From Hyaloraphidium curvatum SAG 235-1 (lineage: Eukaryota; Fungi; Monoblepharomycota), in assembly GCA_025558095.1 (NCBI GenBank), contig JAIVFI010000029.1, forward strand, positions 434,001 to 498,000: 64,000 bases of DNA. The letters are read 5' to 3'. Each line of letters opens with the position of its first letter. The first letter of the stretch is position 1. Positions 11,791 to 24,539 of the stretch are shown here, one piece after another. Both the position numbers and the translations under genes were made by a program. Below the pieces are notes generated by a model, which worked only from the letters and a program-made list of their open reading frames with translations, was not told the DNA's origin and ran no database searches.

Positions 11791-12084
11791 ACAAAGACAG
11801 GCACCACATGCTATGCCTCGATTCCAGATATCAATACCGTGTAGAACTTGCTCTGTCTAAAGCGATACCGATTCACTTCTATCCGCATCTTTCCATCTCC
11901 TTGCATTGTCCTTCGTCACCACGTTTGGCTTGTCTCGGAAGCTGTCCGAGACAACGAGACACGCTAGGTCCCTTACTCAGGGTCCAAGCGCCTGTAAACG
12001 CCACCCGCAAACGAACCCGGCTACAGCTCCAGAAAGCGTCTCTTTCGGAGATCTTGATATTGCATTTCGAACAAAGGCGGATAA

Positions 12085-12564
12085 ATGGCCGACGTGGAGC
12101 ACCAGGAGCCCCCGCGCCAGACGCCGACGTCCAACAGCCTGCAGGAAGTGGAAGACGCCATCATGGTGGCTGTCATGGAGGAATCGCTGCTCGAGTCGCA
12201 GCCGGCGCAGTCGCCGCCGCGGCCGCCCTCGCCGCCGCCGCTCGCCACAGACACGAGCTTGTCGACGGGCGTACCGGTGCCGAATATCATCGAAAAGATG
12301 CCCGAGGAGGTTCGCACAAGGGAGCACAGGCGCGTCTATTGGGACGAGCGCCTGGAGAGATATGAGGCCGTTGTCAACTCTTCCGTGCTACCGGATGAGG
12401 AGAAAAAGGATCTACTCCACAAGCTGGCTGCGGTACGGGAGGAGGTCGAGAGGGTGTGGTCGAAAGCTGTGCAGTACTCACGCGAGGATATCGAGCGCAT
12501 CGTGGGCATGAGAGAGAAGGTGCTCGCAGAGATGGGCGAAAAGAAGCTGGAGATCGAGGTCTGA
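12085..12564 (+). CDS. Hypothetical protein (acidic/Pro N-terminus, helical C-terminus)
   Basis: 159-aa ORF with GC3-biased codons; no recognised domain. Confidence 0.55.
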   Translation: MADVEHQEPPRQTPTSNSLQEVEDAIMVAVMEESLLESQPAQSPPRPPSPPPLATDTSLSTGVPVPNIIEKMPEEVRTREHRRVYWDERLERYEAVVNSSVLPDEEKKDLLHKLAAVREEVERVWSKAVQYSREDIERIVGMREKVLAEMGEKKLEIEV

Positions 12565-12709
12565 GGACAGAGCATCGCGGAGTCGGCCAGAGTATGCACA
12601 TTATGCTTTTGGACTCTTCGCCTACCGCGGTGGTGATCGATTGTTGGTGTTCTCTCGAATGTAGGAACGGAAACTGGGTCAACAGTATCTATGGGCTTCG
12701 AACGACATC

Positions 12710-15700
12710 CTAGTTCCCATCGTCGTGCACCTCCTCCAGCCCTTCAATCACCCTGTCCACCTTTGTCTTGCCGTGCGCCTCGTGGATGATCCCCACCGCC
12801 GAGAACACCGCGTTCTCGTTGATCACCATCCCGCCCGCCGCCTCGGCCAGCATGTGCGCGATGTGCTTCTGCGACGCGTCCGCGGCCTTCCACCGCCTGC
12901 TCAGCGGCCCCATGATCCGCAGGTGCTCCTCCGTGTCCGCGATGGCCTTGCGCACCGCGCCGGCGTGGTCGCCCGCGTGGGTGGTGGCGACCAGCTTGGC
13001 GTAGGTGAAGTTGGCCAGGAGGTACCGGAAGAAGAAGGTCTGCGAGCCGCACCACATGACGAATGGCGGCAGCTGCTGCATCACGCGGTCGCCGCCCTTT
13101 TCCAGCAGCGCCTGGAGGATGTGCGACACCCGCTGCGTGTGGAAGTGGCACTGCGCGGCGGGGGAGGGGCAGTATGCGCCCGGTTTGAGCCGCGCGTCGG
13201 GGCCCTCGGCGAGCCACTGCGGTTCCATGGGGAAAGGGAACTCGGCAGGCCCGCCGCGCTCGGCGGGGGCCGAAGGGCCGCACGGGATGCCGAAGAGGGG
13301 CTGGTGCTTCATCCACATGCGCGTCGAGGGGCTCTCGGGGTCCGGCACCTTGGGCGCGAACAGCAGGGCGTAGGAGGTGTGCAAGTAGATGAGCAAATGG
13401 GCCGCCTCGGCCCTCCTCTCGAAGGGGACCGCGATCCCCGGGGCTGCGGGATCCAGGAACAGCTCCGGCGCCGACTCCAGGAAGGCGTAGTAGCCCGGCA
13501 GCCGGCTGTAGACCGTGTCCGCGAACCCGAGCACCTCGCGGAACATCTCCACCGCCTGCTTCCTCGCGAGCCGGACGTGCAGCTTCTCCTGCTCCGAAGG
13601 CGCCGTGTACGGGTCCACCCTGTGCGCTGCGCAGAACTGCAGCCACCGCACCACCTCGCCCAGCGCGCGGTGGATCATGATCACGAGGCCCCACTCAGAC
13701 CAGCCGCGCCAGTCCGGCTGCGAGAGCAGGTCGTGGTCCGGGAGCGTCATGTAGGCCGCGGGGATGTTGGCCCCGATGGGCTCGAGATATGTGCCGTCGG
13801 GCGCGGGGGGCTGCGCCCAGAGGGCCTCGGGCAGGGGGAGATGCGGGTGCGCGGAGTCGGAGGGTATAAGGGGCGGCCGGTCGGAGAGCACCATGCCTGG
13901 AAGCGAGGGAAGGCAGGAACGATCAACGATGCCCCGAGATCACCGCCCAATGCCAAACCCACCGATCTTGTCCATCATGAAGACCGTCCACCACACCCTC
14001 CTGTCCATCTCCCTCTCGATCCACCCCCTCCCCGCCCCCCTCCCCCCCTCCTCCTCGTCTTCGTGGTTCAGCCCGAGCTGCCTGGCCGTGTTGACCGCCA
14101 TCGTCATCAGCCCGTCCGTCACTGGCCCCGACCCGGCCTTCCAGCTCGTCGCCGTCGCCACCCCGCAAAAGAACAGCGCCATCACCGCCTCCCTCCCCCC
14201 CGACCCGCCGACGAACACGAGCATCCGCCGCGCGCGCTCAAGCAGGCCGGCGCCGACCGCGAACCTCCGCGGGCCGAGGTCCTCGACCATGGGGGCGACC
14301 AGGGCCGCCATGGAGAAGAGAAGCCAGGGCGGCTTGAGGTGGATCTCATCCCAGAATGAGCGGTGGAAGACGGTGGAGAGGGTATCCATGTAGCGCGTGA
14401 AGTTGAGGACGAGCTGGGTGATGACGCCGAAGGGGGGGAGCTCGGGGAGGTCCGAAAAGAGGGAGGGGTTCGACGGGACCTCGCCGGCCGGGGTGCTGCC
14501 GACCTGCATGCGGGGCGTGTGGACCAGCTGCAGCGCCGAGGAGGGTTCGGGGGGTGAGGGCATGCCCGGCGGCGGGTCCCACTGCGGCTGGGCGGGGGTG
14601 AAGTAGTCCGGAACCGAAGCGAGGCCCATGCCCGAAAGGAAGGCGCCCGGGCTGACGATCGTAACCAGGCCGTCCTCGCCGATCATCTCAAATCCGGGCT
14701 GCAGGGGTTGCTGTTGCTGCGGAAGGTACGGAAGGGAGCCCGACGAGGCGGCAAAAACAGCTCCGCCGTCCTGCATGCTGTCCGTCCCCTCCGCCGACGG
14801 CGTGTCATCCTCCGTTTTGACCCGGTCCGAAACGGTCGAGCGGGGTTGTCCCGTGAAGGATGCAGCGACCGACGGGTCCGACATCCTCCTCAGCCCCCTT
14901 AGCTCCCCGCTCCCTTCGATCCCCGCCTCCACCGCGCGCAGCATCTGCTCCCCGATGCCCGCCAACCCGGGCGCCATGTACGGGATCCTCGGCCCCGCGG
15001 CCTCCATCTCCCTCCTGAACCGGTCAAAGTCCGTCTCGGTGCCCGCGCGGGGGGAGGGCGGGATTTCGGCGACCGCGGGCCCGGCAAACGGGATGCGCGG
15101 CGGGCCGGCTTCCATCTCGCGGCGGAAGCGGTCGAACTCCGATTCCTGCGCCGTGCGGGGGGAAGTCCCCGGGGGTACAGCGGCGGGGGTACCGCCCGAA
15201 GCGGAGGAGGCGCTGACAGAGCGTGACGAACTCCAGCTGGCCGAGTGCGACACGGGCTTGGCGAAGTAGTCCTCGTTACCGCCGGTGTCGCCGGCCAGCG
15301 GGGTCGGGGTGAGGCCGGTGTTGGGCAGGCCGTTGGCGATGGAGACGCCCAGGCCGGGGGTGTCGGATTCGTTGTAGATGTAGCGCGAAGGGGTGAGCGG
15401 GGTCGGGGCGCCCGTCGGTGGGGTGAGGATTGCCTGGTGCGCGAAGGAGTCGCCGGTGGGGAGGGCAGGGTAACCACCGGGGGGCGAGAAGGGGGCCGGG
15501 GAGTTGGCGCCGAGGGGAGGGGCGGCCGACGACGCGCCGATGTACTGGAACTGGTCCCGGCCGGCGGGGTAGAGCGGCGGCAGGACGGGCCGGAAGGGGT
15601 CGACAGGTCCGGCACCTGCGACCAGCCCCACGCCGTTGTAGAGGTGCGCAGCCGGCTGCGCGGCGTAGACGAAGGTCTGCGGGAACCCCGGCTGCTGCGT

Positions 15701-16210
15701 CGGGTGCCACTGCAGCGGGTAGCCGGCCGGCAGCCCGGCATACGGGGCCTGCACGTCCTGCGGGAACTGCCCGTAGAGCAGATGGTGGGCGTAGGCGGGG
15801 TCCGGCGCCGCCGCCGCGTCCGAGTTGGCGAGAACGTCTCCCTGCGTTGGGGCGGGCCCCGCCGCTGTCCCCGCCGCCTTGGACACCCTGCGCTTTGCCG
15901 GCGCCGGCTTCTGCTCGTCGCCGCCGGAGCCGCTGCCGCTGTCGTGCGCGCGGCCCGGCCGGAAGCCCTTCGGCGGGCCGCGCTTCTTGACCTCGCGCGA
16001 GAACACGCAGTCCTTCCCGGCGGCGGCGCACAGCGCGCACGGCTGCAGCCCCGAGCAGCGGCGCCGCCGCCGCACGCAGTGGTCGCACGCCTGCGTGATG
16101 CGCTCGCGCGGCTTGCGCTCCTTGGTGTACTGCAGGTCGACGTTGGGGTTGCCGCCGCCGCCGCCGCCGCGCCCGCCGCCGGGGCCCGCGCCGCCGCCCT
16201 CGCCGGCCAT
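12710..16210 (-). CDS. Zn(II)2Cys6 fungal transcription factor with fungal-specific TF domain
   Basis: ACDHCVRRRRRCSGLQPCALCAAAGKDCVF...KKRGP; ARQLGLN...EREMDRRVWWTVFMMDK; intron near 13897-13962. Confidence 0.9.
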
Positions 16211-17160
16211 GGTGGCGGTGTCCGCGCGCGGCACGCGGGCTCGGCCGGTGTCCGCAGGGGGCCGTCCGAGCGGCAGCTGACGAAATTGGTCCAGACTCCG
16301 TCGAGAAACGCCGCCGCCTCCGACCGCACAGCGGCCCGCACAGCTCCGAATCCAGCGGATCGGGGTCCCAATGACCGATGGGGCACTCCTCCAGAACTCC
16401 ATGTACCGATGCGCGGCGTCCGAGCTCTCGGTCTCTGTCCGTGGGAGCTCCAGCGGTGGCCGTCTAACGGCGGTTAAACGACCGCGCCCCGATGCCCTTG
16501 CACTGGATCTTCGTTCCTCGGGTTCGGTGCCGTTGCGATCTGCTCGACGTCGAAAAGGACGAATGCAGCTGAATGCGCCCGGATTCGGCGGTTTGCGTCC
16601 TTGGTCTTGCCCCAAAAGTGCCCCCCGTCGCCGCAGGCAACTTGCTGAGCCGTCCGGTGTCCCGAGTCGATTCATCCAGAAAGCCCAATCGAGGCGGCAA
16701 TAAGGAAGAGCTTCATCGGGGATGGCGGCGCGCCACTCGGAGCAATGGAAAGGAGGCGGCACCGCACAGGAAAGAGATCGCGGGGTTCCGAAAAAGGTTC
16801 CGCACAGTCTTGGCGCGTCCGATGGCACCTTTGGAACTCCCAGAACGCGCAAAAAAAAGCTCCGCACATGAAAGAACGCGAAGGAGATAAACAGGCGCGG
16901 GGAGGTTGACGACTGGAGCTGGTGGGCTTCCAGCCCGGGCGGGGGGCCCTTGCTAGGCGAGCCAAAGCTACCGACCCGCGGCCCGTACGAGCCCGTACAG
17001 AGAGGAAGAGCTTGATGATTTTTTGCCGCTCACAGGTATTCGCTCGTCGCTGCGGATTGCCACTTCGCAGGCTGAGATCATCAAAAAACGCGTTCGAGCA
17101 ACGCGAAACGGGCCCTTCCCCCGATATCCGCGTCTTTACCGTGCTCTTTTCACGTCAGAA

Positions 17161-18738
17161 ATGATCTTCTCGTGGCTCCGGAGCGCCTTCGGGCCCGCGC
17201 GGGCGGAGGAGGTGGGCGGTCGCACCGAAACCGCGGAACCGCCCGCGGCGCCCGAGGAGCCGGTAGCGGCCGCGGAAGTCGCCGTCCCCGAAGAGGAGGC
17301 GCCCGCTGCAACGGTCGTGGAGAGTCCGATTCCGCGCCTGCCGCCTGAAGTGCTCGGGCTCATCGTCAAGTGGGCCAGCTATGTTACTCGGATCCAGCCC
17401 ACTCCTGACCGCATTTCGTACAGGTACGCGCTTCCTGCGTGCGGGCATCCCAACCGGACGGTGTCATGTAGCAGGTTCTGCACGTGTCGTTCTTGCGCCC
17501 TGTCGTGTGGGGCCGACGGGCGGCCGGAGACTGGGGAGGCGCTGCGCTCATCGTGCTGGACGCTCAGGAACCTCGCACGGGGTCCGTCGCTACAGTGCTT
17601 TCCCCCGCACGGATCGAGGAGCTTCTCGCACATCCTGGAAGCCCTGGAGCTGCCCTCGGATCTCCCCGAAGCCGGCGCGGGCACGCTTTTCCGCCGCGCA
17701 ATGTTCAACACCCCGCCACCGGAAGCCGCGCGTTTCCTTTCGATGGCTCCGAACCTGGTATCCCTAGTGATCTTTACGCAGCAGGTCGAGTACATGATTT
17801 CCGACGACGTCATGCTGGCCGCGGCGACGTGCACGTCCCTCCGCTCGCTCGAACTGGGCGGCATCCACTGCCACGCAGACGTGTTGCGGGACTCGCTTTC
17901 GGCCATGGCCAGCCTGGAGAGCCTGACGCTTTACTGGTACGGCAATGCCTCCTCTCTCTTCTTCAACGCCGTCGCGTACGGGGTCCCGCCCGGGCTCAAG
18001 GCGTTCTCGCTCCGCCCCAACACCAAGGCCTGCCACCCTGCGTGCGAGGAAAGCTGGCCCGAGATCCGCAACGCTCACCTTGCCAAGCTCTGCGAGAGGG
18101 TTGCGAGCCTCGAGAGGCTCCAGCTGCGGCACTGCAAGGAGCTGACCGACGCCTCGGTCGGCCCGGCGCTGGCGCGGCACGCGGAACTCAAGTTCCTCGA
18201 TCTCTCGGGCTGCCACGCTATCACGGATGTTTCTCTCGCGCGCCTGGAAGCCTGCGACATGAGCGTGCTCTCCATCACGGGCCTGGACGCCGTCACCGAC
18301 GTCTCCGTTGCACCGATACTCTCGCGTAGCTCGGCGTGGACCGCGATCGATCTCGCAGGGACGGCGGCGACTGATGCCTTGGTCAGCCTGCTCAGGACGA
18401 GGGGTGCCGAACTCCGCTACCTCTCGATCTCGGACACGAACTGCACCACCATCCCCGAGGAGTTCCTGCGGACGGCCAAGCACCTCGAACACCTCGGCCT
18501 CGGCGTCCGCTCCGTCAACGCGCGCCAGGTCGAAGCTCTCCGCTCCGTGCCACTCATCCGGAGCCTGACCATCGGCACCCCCGACGGACCGGAGACCGAG
18601 TGCGCCGTGCTGGGGATCGTGTACGCGCACCGGGCGACGCTAGAGAGGCTGTGCGTGGACGAGGCGGGGGAAGACTTGGTGGATGCGCTGGCGGGGATCC
18701 TGGACGACAGGGACAAGGTGGTCGGGGAGCATTTCTGA
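17161..18738 (+). CDS. F-box/leucine-rich repeat (RNI-like) protein
   Basis: RLPPEVLGLIVKW F-box-like motif; LxxLxLxxCxxLTD repeats; short introns likely near the 5' end. Confidence 0.8.
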   Translation: MIFSWLRSAFGPARAEEVGGRTETAEPPAAPEEPVAAAEVAVPEEEAPAATVVESPIPRLPPEVLGLIVKWASYVTRIQPTPDRISYRYALPACGHPNRTVSCSRFCTCRSCALSCGADGRPETGEALRSSCWTLRNLARGPSLQCFPPHGSRSFSHILEALELPSDLPEAGAGTLFRRAMFNTPPPEAARFLSMAPNLVSLVIFTQQVEYMISDDVMLAAATCTSLRSLELGGIHCHADVLRDSLSAMASLESLTLYWYGNASSLFFNAVAYGVPPGLKAFSLRPNTKACHPACEESWPEIRNAHLAKLCERVASLERLQLRHCKELTDASVGPALARHAELKFLDLSGCHAITDVSLARLEACDMSVLSITGLDAVTDVSVAPILSRSSAWTAIDLAGTAATDALVSLLRTRGAELRYLSISDTNCTTIPEEFLRTAKHLEHLGLGVRSVNARQVEALRSVPLIRSLTIGTPDGPETECAVLGIVYAHRATLERLCVDEAGEDLVDALAGILDDRDKVVGEHF

Positions 18739-18885
18739 TGACTCGATCGGGGCGCGGCAATAGACACGAAGCCGCGTGACACTGGTTATCTTCCGGTCAA
18801 CGCAACGCGCGGCGAACAGCAAGCCAAGACACGATTGGTGCGATTAGAGTATAATGATCAGACACAGAAGGGGCTAGATTGCCAT

Positions 18886-21800
18886 TCAGTTTTTCTGGAA
18901 GAGCGACAGGGCCCGGCTCGACATGGTCGAGCACTGCCCCGAGCACCCCGTGGCCGTCGCCTGCCCCGGCCCCGCACGGACGGCGTAGCCCCAGAGCTCC
19001 ACCTGCAGCCCCCAGACCCCCGACCAGTCCCACGTCGCGACCATGTTGGGATCGCCCGAGATGCGGAAGTTTCCATAGACCGTCGGCACGTAGAATTTCG
19101 CCGCGGCGTCGGGGCTCAGCGAGCCGGGCATGGTGACCGCCCATCCGTTGGTGGGCTCAACCTCCATGGAGTATGTGTAGGGGGTGGCCAGGAACTGCTC
19201 CTTCCACCGGTTGCCAGAGGCGTCGGTGAAGGTGTTCCAAAACTCGCCGGTCGGCGCGATGTCCAACTGGAGCTGCGGGGTGATGCCGGGGATCTGCGTG
19301 CCGTTGGCCTTAATGCCATACGGCTTCAGATTGATTTGGAGCAGGTGAACATTGTCGTTGCCGCCGAAGAAGTTGCGGAGGGCGTACTTGGACGGGTCGC
19401 GGAAGTCGAGGAAGCCGACGCCGGAGGTCGACAGGTTGGCGATCAGCACGGGGTCGGTCTCGATCCAGCTGACGTTGCAGAAGCACTGGCTGAGGGTGAT
19501 GGCGCTCTCGAGGCCGTTGATGGCGTCGTTGATGGCCGTCGCGAAGCCGAGCGCGGGGGTCGAGGGGTCGGGCAGCCCTTGGGGCTGGGTGAAGGTCTCG
19601 GTGTTGGCGTAGGCAAAAGCCCGGGACACCTGGTACGTGAGGTCCAGGGCCCGCATCTTGCGGTCCAGCAGGTTCAGCGCGAGCTCGGCGGTCGCGGTGC
19701 CGATGTAGTTGAACGACTGCTGCGCCTGCGCAACGAGCTTGCCGATGTTGGCCGACTGCTGCTGCGCGGCCTGCAGCTTGGACCCGCTCTGGATGGCCTT
19801 AATCTGGGCATTGAGCAGCTGCACTTGCAGCCCGACGAGGTCGATGCCGGCGTTGCCAATGCCCTGCAGGGCGAGGGCGTAGTCGTCGGCGCCGTCGATC
19901 CCCTGGGCGATGGCCGGGCCCATGTACACAGTCGCCTCGTCCTTGAGGTCCTGGAAGTTGAGCAGGGCGCTGGTGAGGGAGGCCAGGGTGGTGTTGGAGT
20001 TGATCGCGGCGCTGATGTCGACGGTGATGTCCGGGGCCGAGGGAAGGTTCTCGATCTGATTCACGATCGCCATGATCTCGAAGACCAGCTGCTGGGTGTT
20101 GTAGAAGATGGTGCCGAGGTTGGTCAGGAGCGGGATGAGCTTGTCGAGCTTGCCGCAGACGTTGAGCAGCTTGGCGATCGAGCCGGAGTCCGTTGCGAGC
20201 TGCTCGATCCCGGCGGCGCCGGCGCCGTCCGTTGCCACTGCCACCGCGATGTCAAGGAGGAATTCAATCACGATCTCGGCGATCTCGGCAGCCTCGGCCT
20301 TCTTGACCCCGGCCACGAACGCCTGGCGCTTGTTGTCCAGATCCGCCGTGCGGTCCGCGTAGGTCGCGTTGATAGCATCGAAGGCCGCCTGCAGCATCTT
20401 GACGTGGGCAAGATCGCCCTGGAGCTCGATCACAGCCGAGTCCACGGCGTTCTGCAGCGTCGCGTTGGCCGCCAGCAGCAGCTGCACCGCGCCGGCGCCC
20501 GTGGTCGCCTGCCCCGCGATGGCGGTCAGGTTGCCCTCGAGCTGGGGCAGGGCGGCGAGCTCCGACGCGACGGCGGTCTCGAGGGTGCTGGCGGACAGGA
20601 AGGGCACGGGGTGCACGGGGATCGCCTTGCGGGAGGAGCGCAGGTCCGCGAGGAGAGTGAAGGCGCGGACGACCGACGGGTCGTCGCCGACGGAGAGGGC
20701 GCCGGCGAGGTCGGCGAGGAAGGCCTCGGCGTCGGCGAAGCGGCGGGCGGAGACCATGTCGTCGGCGCAGCCCGCGACCATGCGGGCGAGGAGGGGGTCG
20801 GGGGTACCGTACGCAGCGGGGGAGGCGGCGGCGGGGGTGTAGCTGATAGTGCCGTCGCCGGCCCAGGCCTGGTTGCTGGCCCCGTAGGGGGCGTTGTCGT
20901 TGGAGCACACCGCCGCCATGACGAGGTCGTCGATGTTCGAGCCGTCCGCGTAGCCGGGCATGAGGTCCAGAACGCCGTGGTAGGGCGTCTGCGGGTAGGG
21001 CTTGCCTTGCTGGTCGTGGGTGGACTGGAATGACGCGACCGGGTGGCGGTTCAGGTTGATGATGACTGGCGGGAAAGGGGTGAGCGAAGCGGGTGGGAGA
21101 GCCGCCTCTGCCACTCACAATCAGCAGTGCTGAGCATCCCCGACGACGAAACGTTCCAGGCCGACTGGGAGGAAGCCGAGGTACCGTCGCGGGTGTAGAA
21201 AGCAGCGATATGGGCCTTGCTGGTTCCGTACGCATTGCTCTTGCCGAGGAGCTCGTTGTAGCCGGGGTACACGAACCGGTCCGTCAGGATACCTTCGAAC
21301 CCGAGGCTGTCATTCTGGCCATTCCTCCACAGAGGCGATCCGTAGTAATCGGTGCGCATCCACGTGACGCTCGCCCCGTCGCACCATTGGCCTTCACCGT
21401 CGCCAGTGTCGCCTCCGTCGTAGCATCTCGGGGCCCCCGAAACGCACAGGGGCTGGAAGGAAGTTCCGTCCCCGTTTCGGTGCCCCGTAGGGTTGCACAT
21501 GAAGGTTGCCAGCGCGCCGGTGATAATGTTGAGCCCCTTGCAGCTCGAGCCTTGGAAGTCTCCGTACGAGCTCCCGCACGGCATTCCGTCGGTGAACTCG
21601 GGTCCAGGGTTGCAGACTGGGAAGTGAGGTGAGCTGCGTTTCATCAGCGTTCCGCACGGCACTCACAGCTACCGCTCTGGACGGCCGAAGCGACCTCGGG
21701 GTGGCCGGCGGTGAGCCCGTTCTGCATGATCCGGAGCTGCCCAAAGACGTTCTGCGCGCTGACAAACACGTCGGGTCCGAAACGACCGCTGGCGTCGGGG

Positions 21801-22693
21801 CCGTTGGAGCGCACGTCGAGCGCCCCGCCGTCCGAGGCCATGACGTTGAGCGCGACGATCCTGACCCTGGTGAATCCGGTATTTGACTTGCCGATGACGG
21901 TGACGTTGGAGCCGACGTCGAAGTTGAGCGCGGTCACGTTAAGCTCCGCAACGGTGTCGAGCATGTAGAGGTTGTTGGTCGCGGCGCGCACCGCGGCGTC
22001 GAGGTCCGAGGCCTTGATGTCGACAAAGGCCAGCGCGAGGCGGGCGAACTGCGGCGCGTTCTGCGCCTTGATCTGCCAGGGCAAGCCCGAGTTGGCGGCG
22101 GCGGCGAACGCCTTGGCGTACGCGGGACACTTTGGCGACGCCAGGGTGCCGGGCCTGAGGATGCGCAGGGTGTCGTTGGCTGGCAGCTGGGTGGGCACGG
22201 CGGGGGGGTCGAGGGCGGCGTTGCGGCAGGCGTAGGTCACGCGCACGATCTTGTTCGAGCTGGGGCAGGGGTCGCCGAAGACCGTGCGCACGGCCCAGCC
22301 TCCGGGGAGCGGGGCGCACGCCTGCCTGCCGTCGCAGAGGCCGGCGACCCACGCGGTGAGGGCGGCCGAGTCGCGGGCGTCGAGCGAGCACGGCGCCGTG
22401 TTTACGACCGAGCCGGGGCACGTGGCCGGGTCCGACGCGTTCGCGGCCACGTCGCGGCCGTAGAATGCGGCCTGTACCTGGACGAGCTGGCCGGCAGGGC
22501 ACTGCGGCGCCGGCGCCGGCGTGTTGTCGCAGCCGACGGCAACGAGTCCGGGCGTCGAGAGCGCGATCGGCAGCGCGCCGAGCTGCTGAGCTGCGGCCCG
22601 GACCGGCGGCACGCGGCCCGTGTAGACGGGCACGCCCGACGCGAGAGAGGAGAGTGCGAGCACGAGCGCGGAGATGGCGGCGGCGGAGCGCAT
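18886..22693 (-). CDS. Large secreted protein: SUEL/galactose-binding lectin domain plus PtIP-83-like toxin body (3 exons)
   Basis: Signal peptide; CPAGQLVQVQAAFYGR...CDGRQAC...VFGDPCPSSNKIVRVTYAC is a SUEL lectin pattern; introns ~21621-21666 and ~21066-21117; long amphipathic helical region with a hydrophobic hairpin and a C-terminal beta domain. Confidence 0.75.
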
Positions 22694-23502
22694 CGCGATT
22701 GAAAAGACGTTGGGGGTATGCGGTATTCAGGTATCGATTGCCAAATGCGGTAGCCGGGCCGTAGGTGGCCATATTTGTTATATCGGCCGTGGGGACCGAT
22801 TTCTGGAGTGGGGCTTGGGGGGTTGTTCGGCTCGGTGGCCGAGGCGCACAGCCGCTGTGCCCACGGCCTTCCAAGCTTCCAACGGAACCCGCTCCGATGC
22901 TGGTGCCGAAAACGCGTTGCAGTTGCACTTATTCTGCAGCTGGAGCTACGGCCCTGCCAGGTCCGAGGCTTGCGAATCCTCCCGTCGCACCCATGCTGCG
23001 CCCGGCGGGCGGGCATCGTATTGGTCCAGGCTCCGACGTCGAAGAGAATGCTCGCCGGTGGCACCCCCGAGATGCCGCTGTGGCTCCAAGCCGTTGAGCC
23101 TCACGTCCAGAATCTCCAGGACTGCCATGCAATGAAAGACAACCAAACAAGGACCAGCTTTGGACACCGATACGCTTCATGCGATGTAGTATAGTTTGGT
23201 AAAGGGTGCAAGTCACGTTAGGCCGTCCTGCCCGCCGTCTCGCCCGGAAGTTCAAAAGAAGACCGGCTGTTAACTCGCGACGAGGCAGAGGCCGGAGGCT
23301 TCCTGAGTCTTTGACGGCCCGCTCATCGGCCCGCGGCACCGCCGCTAGCACACGGGCTCGGACGCACGAGTGGTTCGCAACATCTGCCAAAGTTCTGTCT
23401 ATAGCTCGGCCATTGCCGTTTACGAAGGGTCGATCTAGGTCGCACTCTCTAACTCTCCAGACGAAGTCCAATCACATCCAAGCCCAAGTGTTGCCCACTC
23501 AA

Positions 23503-24246
23503 TCAAGCAGAGTCATCCTCCTTCGCATCCGCCTCGGCCGCAGGCCCGAACTCGGCCACGAACGGTTCCGGCAAGTCCTCGTCCGCCCTGCGCCTGTTGC
23601 GGCGCCATCCGCCGCACGAGGGAGCGGGGCAGTAGACCCCTCCGCCGAACTCTGTGGGAAGAAGGATACAAGATCAGCCGGGATCATCGCCGCTGAATCC
23701 CGCCCCGCTCCCACCCTGAGCCCACTTGTCCCCGACGTTGGCCGATCCGAAGCACGTGAACCCGGGGTCGAGCATAGACGCGCGGTGCCCGGGCGAGTTG
23801 AAGAACGAGTCTGCGTCGCACGTCCGAGATCAGCATGCGTGGATCCGGCGATCGGTCAAGGCGTGCCCACCGACAGCCCATGCGGCGGTCGTCTGCCCGC
23901 CCGCAACGTTCTCCCCCATCTTGCTGAAGCCGAGGCCCTGCAGCCGCGAAATCGGGTCCGAGCCGTCGCTGCGAAATGCAATGAGCGGCATCAGCATACG
24001 AGTCTGCCCGGAGCTTCGATCGAGCACGGCGCCCGCTACCCACCCGCCCGAGTGCGTCGTCGCGCCCATCCGCGCCATGTCGGCCGCCTGCTTGTACGCG
24101 ACGGCCTGCAGCGCCGAAGAGACGCCGAGCGGGGGCACGCCGTATCGCGCCCGGAGGTTGTTGACGAGGCACACCATGACGTCGGCCGAGGCGGCCGGGA
24201 GGAGGGCGAGGAGGGCGAGGGCGAGCGGGAGGGCGCGGAGGAGCAT
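23503..24246 (-). CDS. Secreted CAP/SCP (PR-1-like) protein (spliced)
   Basis: Signal peptide, LVNNLRARYGVPPL, HSGSDGSDP, GENVAGG, FFNSPGHRASML. Confidence 0.85.
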
Positions 24247-24539
24247 GGCGGCGGCGTCCGAGCGAGTGATGGGCGGAATGCAGTGATGGAACGGCGTCCT
24301 CTGATGATTTCGGGGCTGAAATAGCCGCCCTTGGCTCGAGATTTGTTTGTTTGTGGGGCGATCGGACGGATCGGGATGATGCGAGGGCTTCCGCTGGCGT
24401 CGGTTTGTTTTGGTGCTGACGTGGGTCCGTGCTGACCCGCGACTTCTCCCGAGCCGCGGCCACACCTGCGACGTCGCCTCTCCGAACTCACCACGGCGCG
24501 CTCTGCTTCCACTCCACCGCCAGCCCGTGAATCGCCGAG

